Shown here: positions 14,909 through 15,016 of the stretch, one piece after another
Layout of the letters: the number at the start of each line of letters is the position of its first letter
Numbering within the stretch: position 1 is the first letter of the stretch
Assembly (NCBI GenBank): GCA_043816785.1
Contig: JBDRHP010000042.1
Location: 1-15,016 of the forward strand
From: Candidatus Margulisiibacteriota bacterium
GTDB taxonomy: Bacteria; Margulisbacteria; WOR-1; O2-12-FULL-45-9
Direction of reading: 5' to 3'
Length of the DNA: 15,016 nucleotides
The notes under the pieces: model-generated
Seen by the model: the letters and a program-made list of their open reading frames with translations, nothing else
Told to the model about the DNA's origin: nothing
The model's database searches: none
Translations under genes and position numbers: made by a program

Positions 14909-14942
14909 CATGAAACCTGCGACTAAACGTCGCGGTTTCATG
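14909..14942. repeat. Intergenic 34-nt REP-like palindrome (uninterrupted copy of the tsaD element)
   Basis: catgaaacc(t)gcgac-taaac-gtcgcggtttcatg: 14-bp stem, one bulged T, 5-nt loop. Confidence 0.88.
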
Positions 14943-14955
14943 GACAGAGTCTTTC

Positions 14956-15016
14956 CTATGCCATTTGTTGTGCTAATTTGGGGCTTATGAGCCATTCTTG
15001 TTTTCCTTTTAGGTGC
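14956..15016 (-). CDS. Possible 3' end of a convergent gene entering from the right edge
   Basis: One minus frame reads HLKGKQEWLISPKLAQQMA* (TAG at 14958-14956). A second minus frame is also open, so this cannot be resolved here. Confidence 0.25.
   Translation of the reverse strand, partial: HLKGKQEWLISPKLAQQMA

Noticed and set aside
14909..14950. Classical rho-independent terminator
   Set aside because: There is no U-tract immediately after the stem on either strand, and the same hairpin occurs inside a CDS.
1..15016. CRISPR array, tRNA/rRNA genes, transposase or integrase
   Set aside because: No regularly spaced repeats, structural RNA signatures or recombinase motifs were seen. Any enzyme mobilising the small repeats must be encoded outside this window.

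Overview
Gene-dense bacterial housekeeping region. In order: the 5' part of an RluB/RsuA-family pseudouridine synthase (-), a 59-aa 4-oxalocrotonate tautomerase-family gene missing from the ORF track (+), an AI-2E transporter (-), tsaD-gatC-gatA-[exported hypothetical protein]-gatB (+), a 670-aa helical protein of unknown function (-), a TatD-associated-type radical SAM gene with rsmH and ftsL (+), a beta-barrel/SppA protease fusion (-) and gltX (+). The GatB segment AGKLVHQGADRIMGSDSSLVDYNR looks cyanobacteria-like, which hints at a non-photosynthetic sister lineage such as Margulisbacteria/Saganbacteria (inference only). Two signals are not explained by the gene list. (1) Very small repeat elements sit in frame inside conserved genes. 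A 34-nt palindrome in tsaD has a covarying second copy downstream of gltX and carries a nested 42-nt (2 x 21-nt) insertion in its loop. A GTAG-type REP doublet lies inside the radical SAM gene, and heptamer tandem repeats lie inside tsaD and rsmH. (2) A perfect TATAAT lies 7-9 nt before seven start codons, pointing to widespread leaderless transcription and gene-by-gene internal promoters inside an apparent operon.
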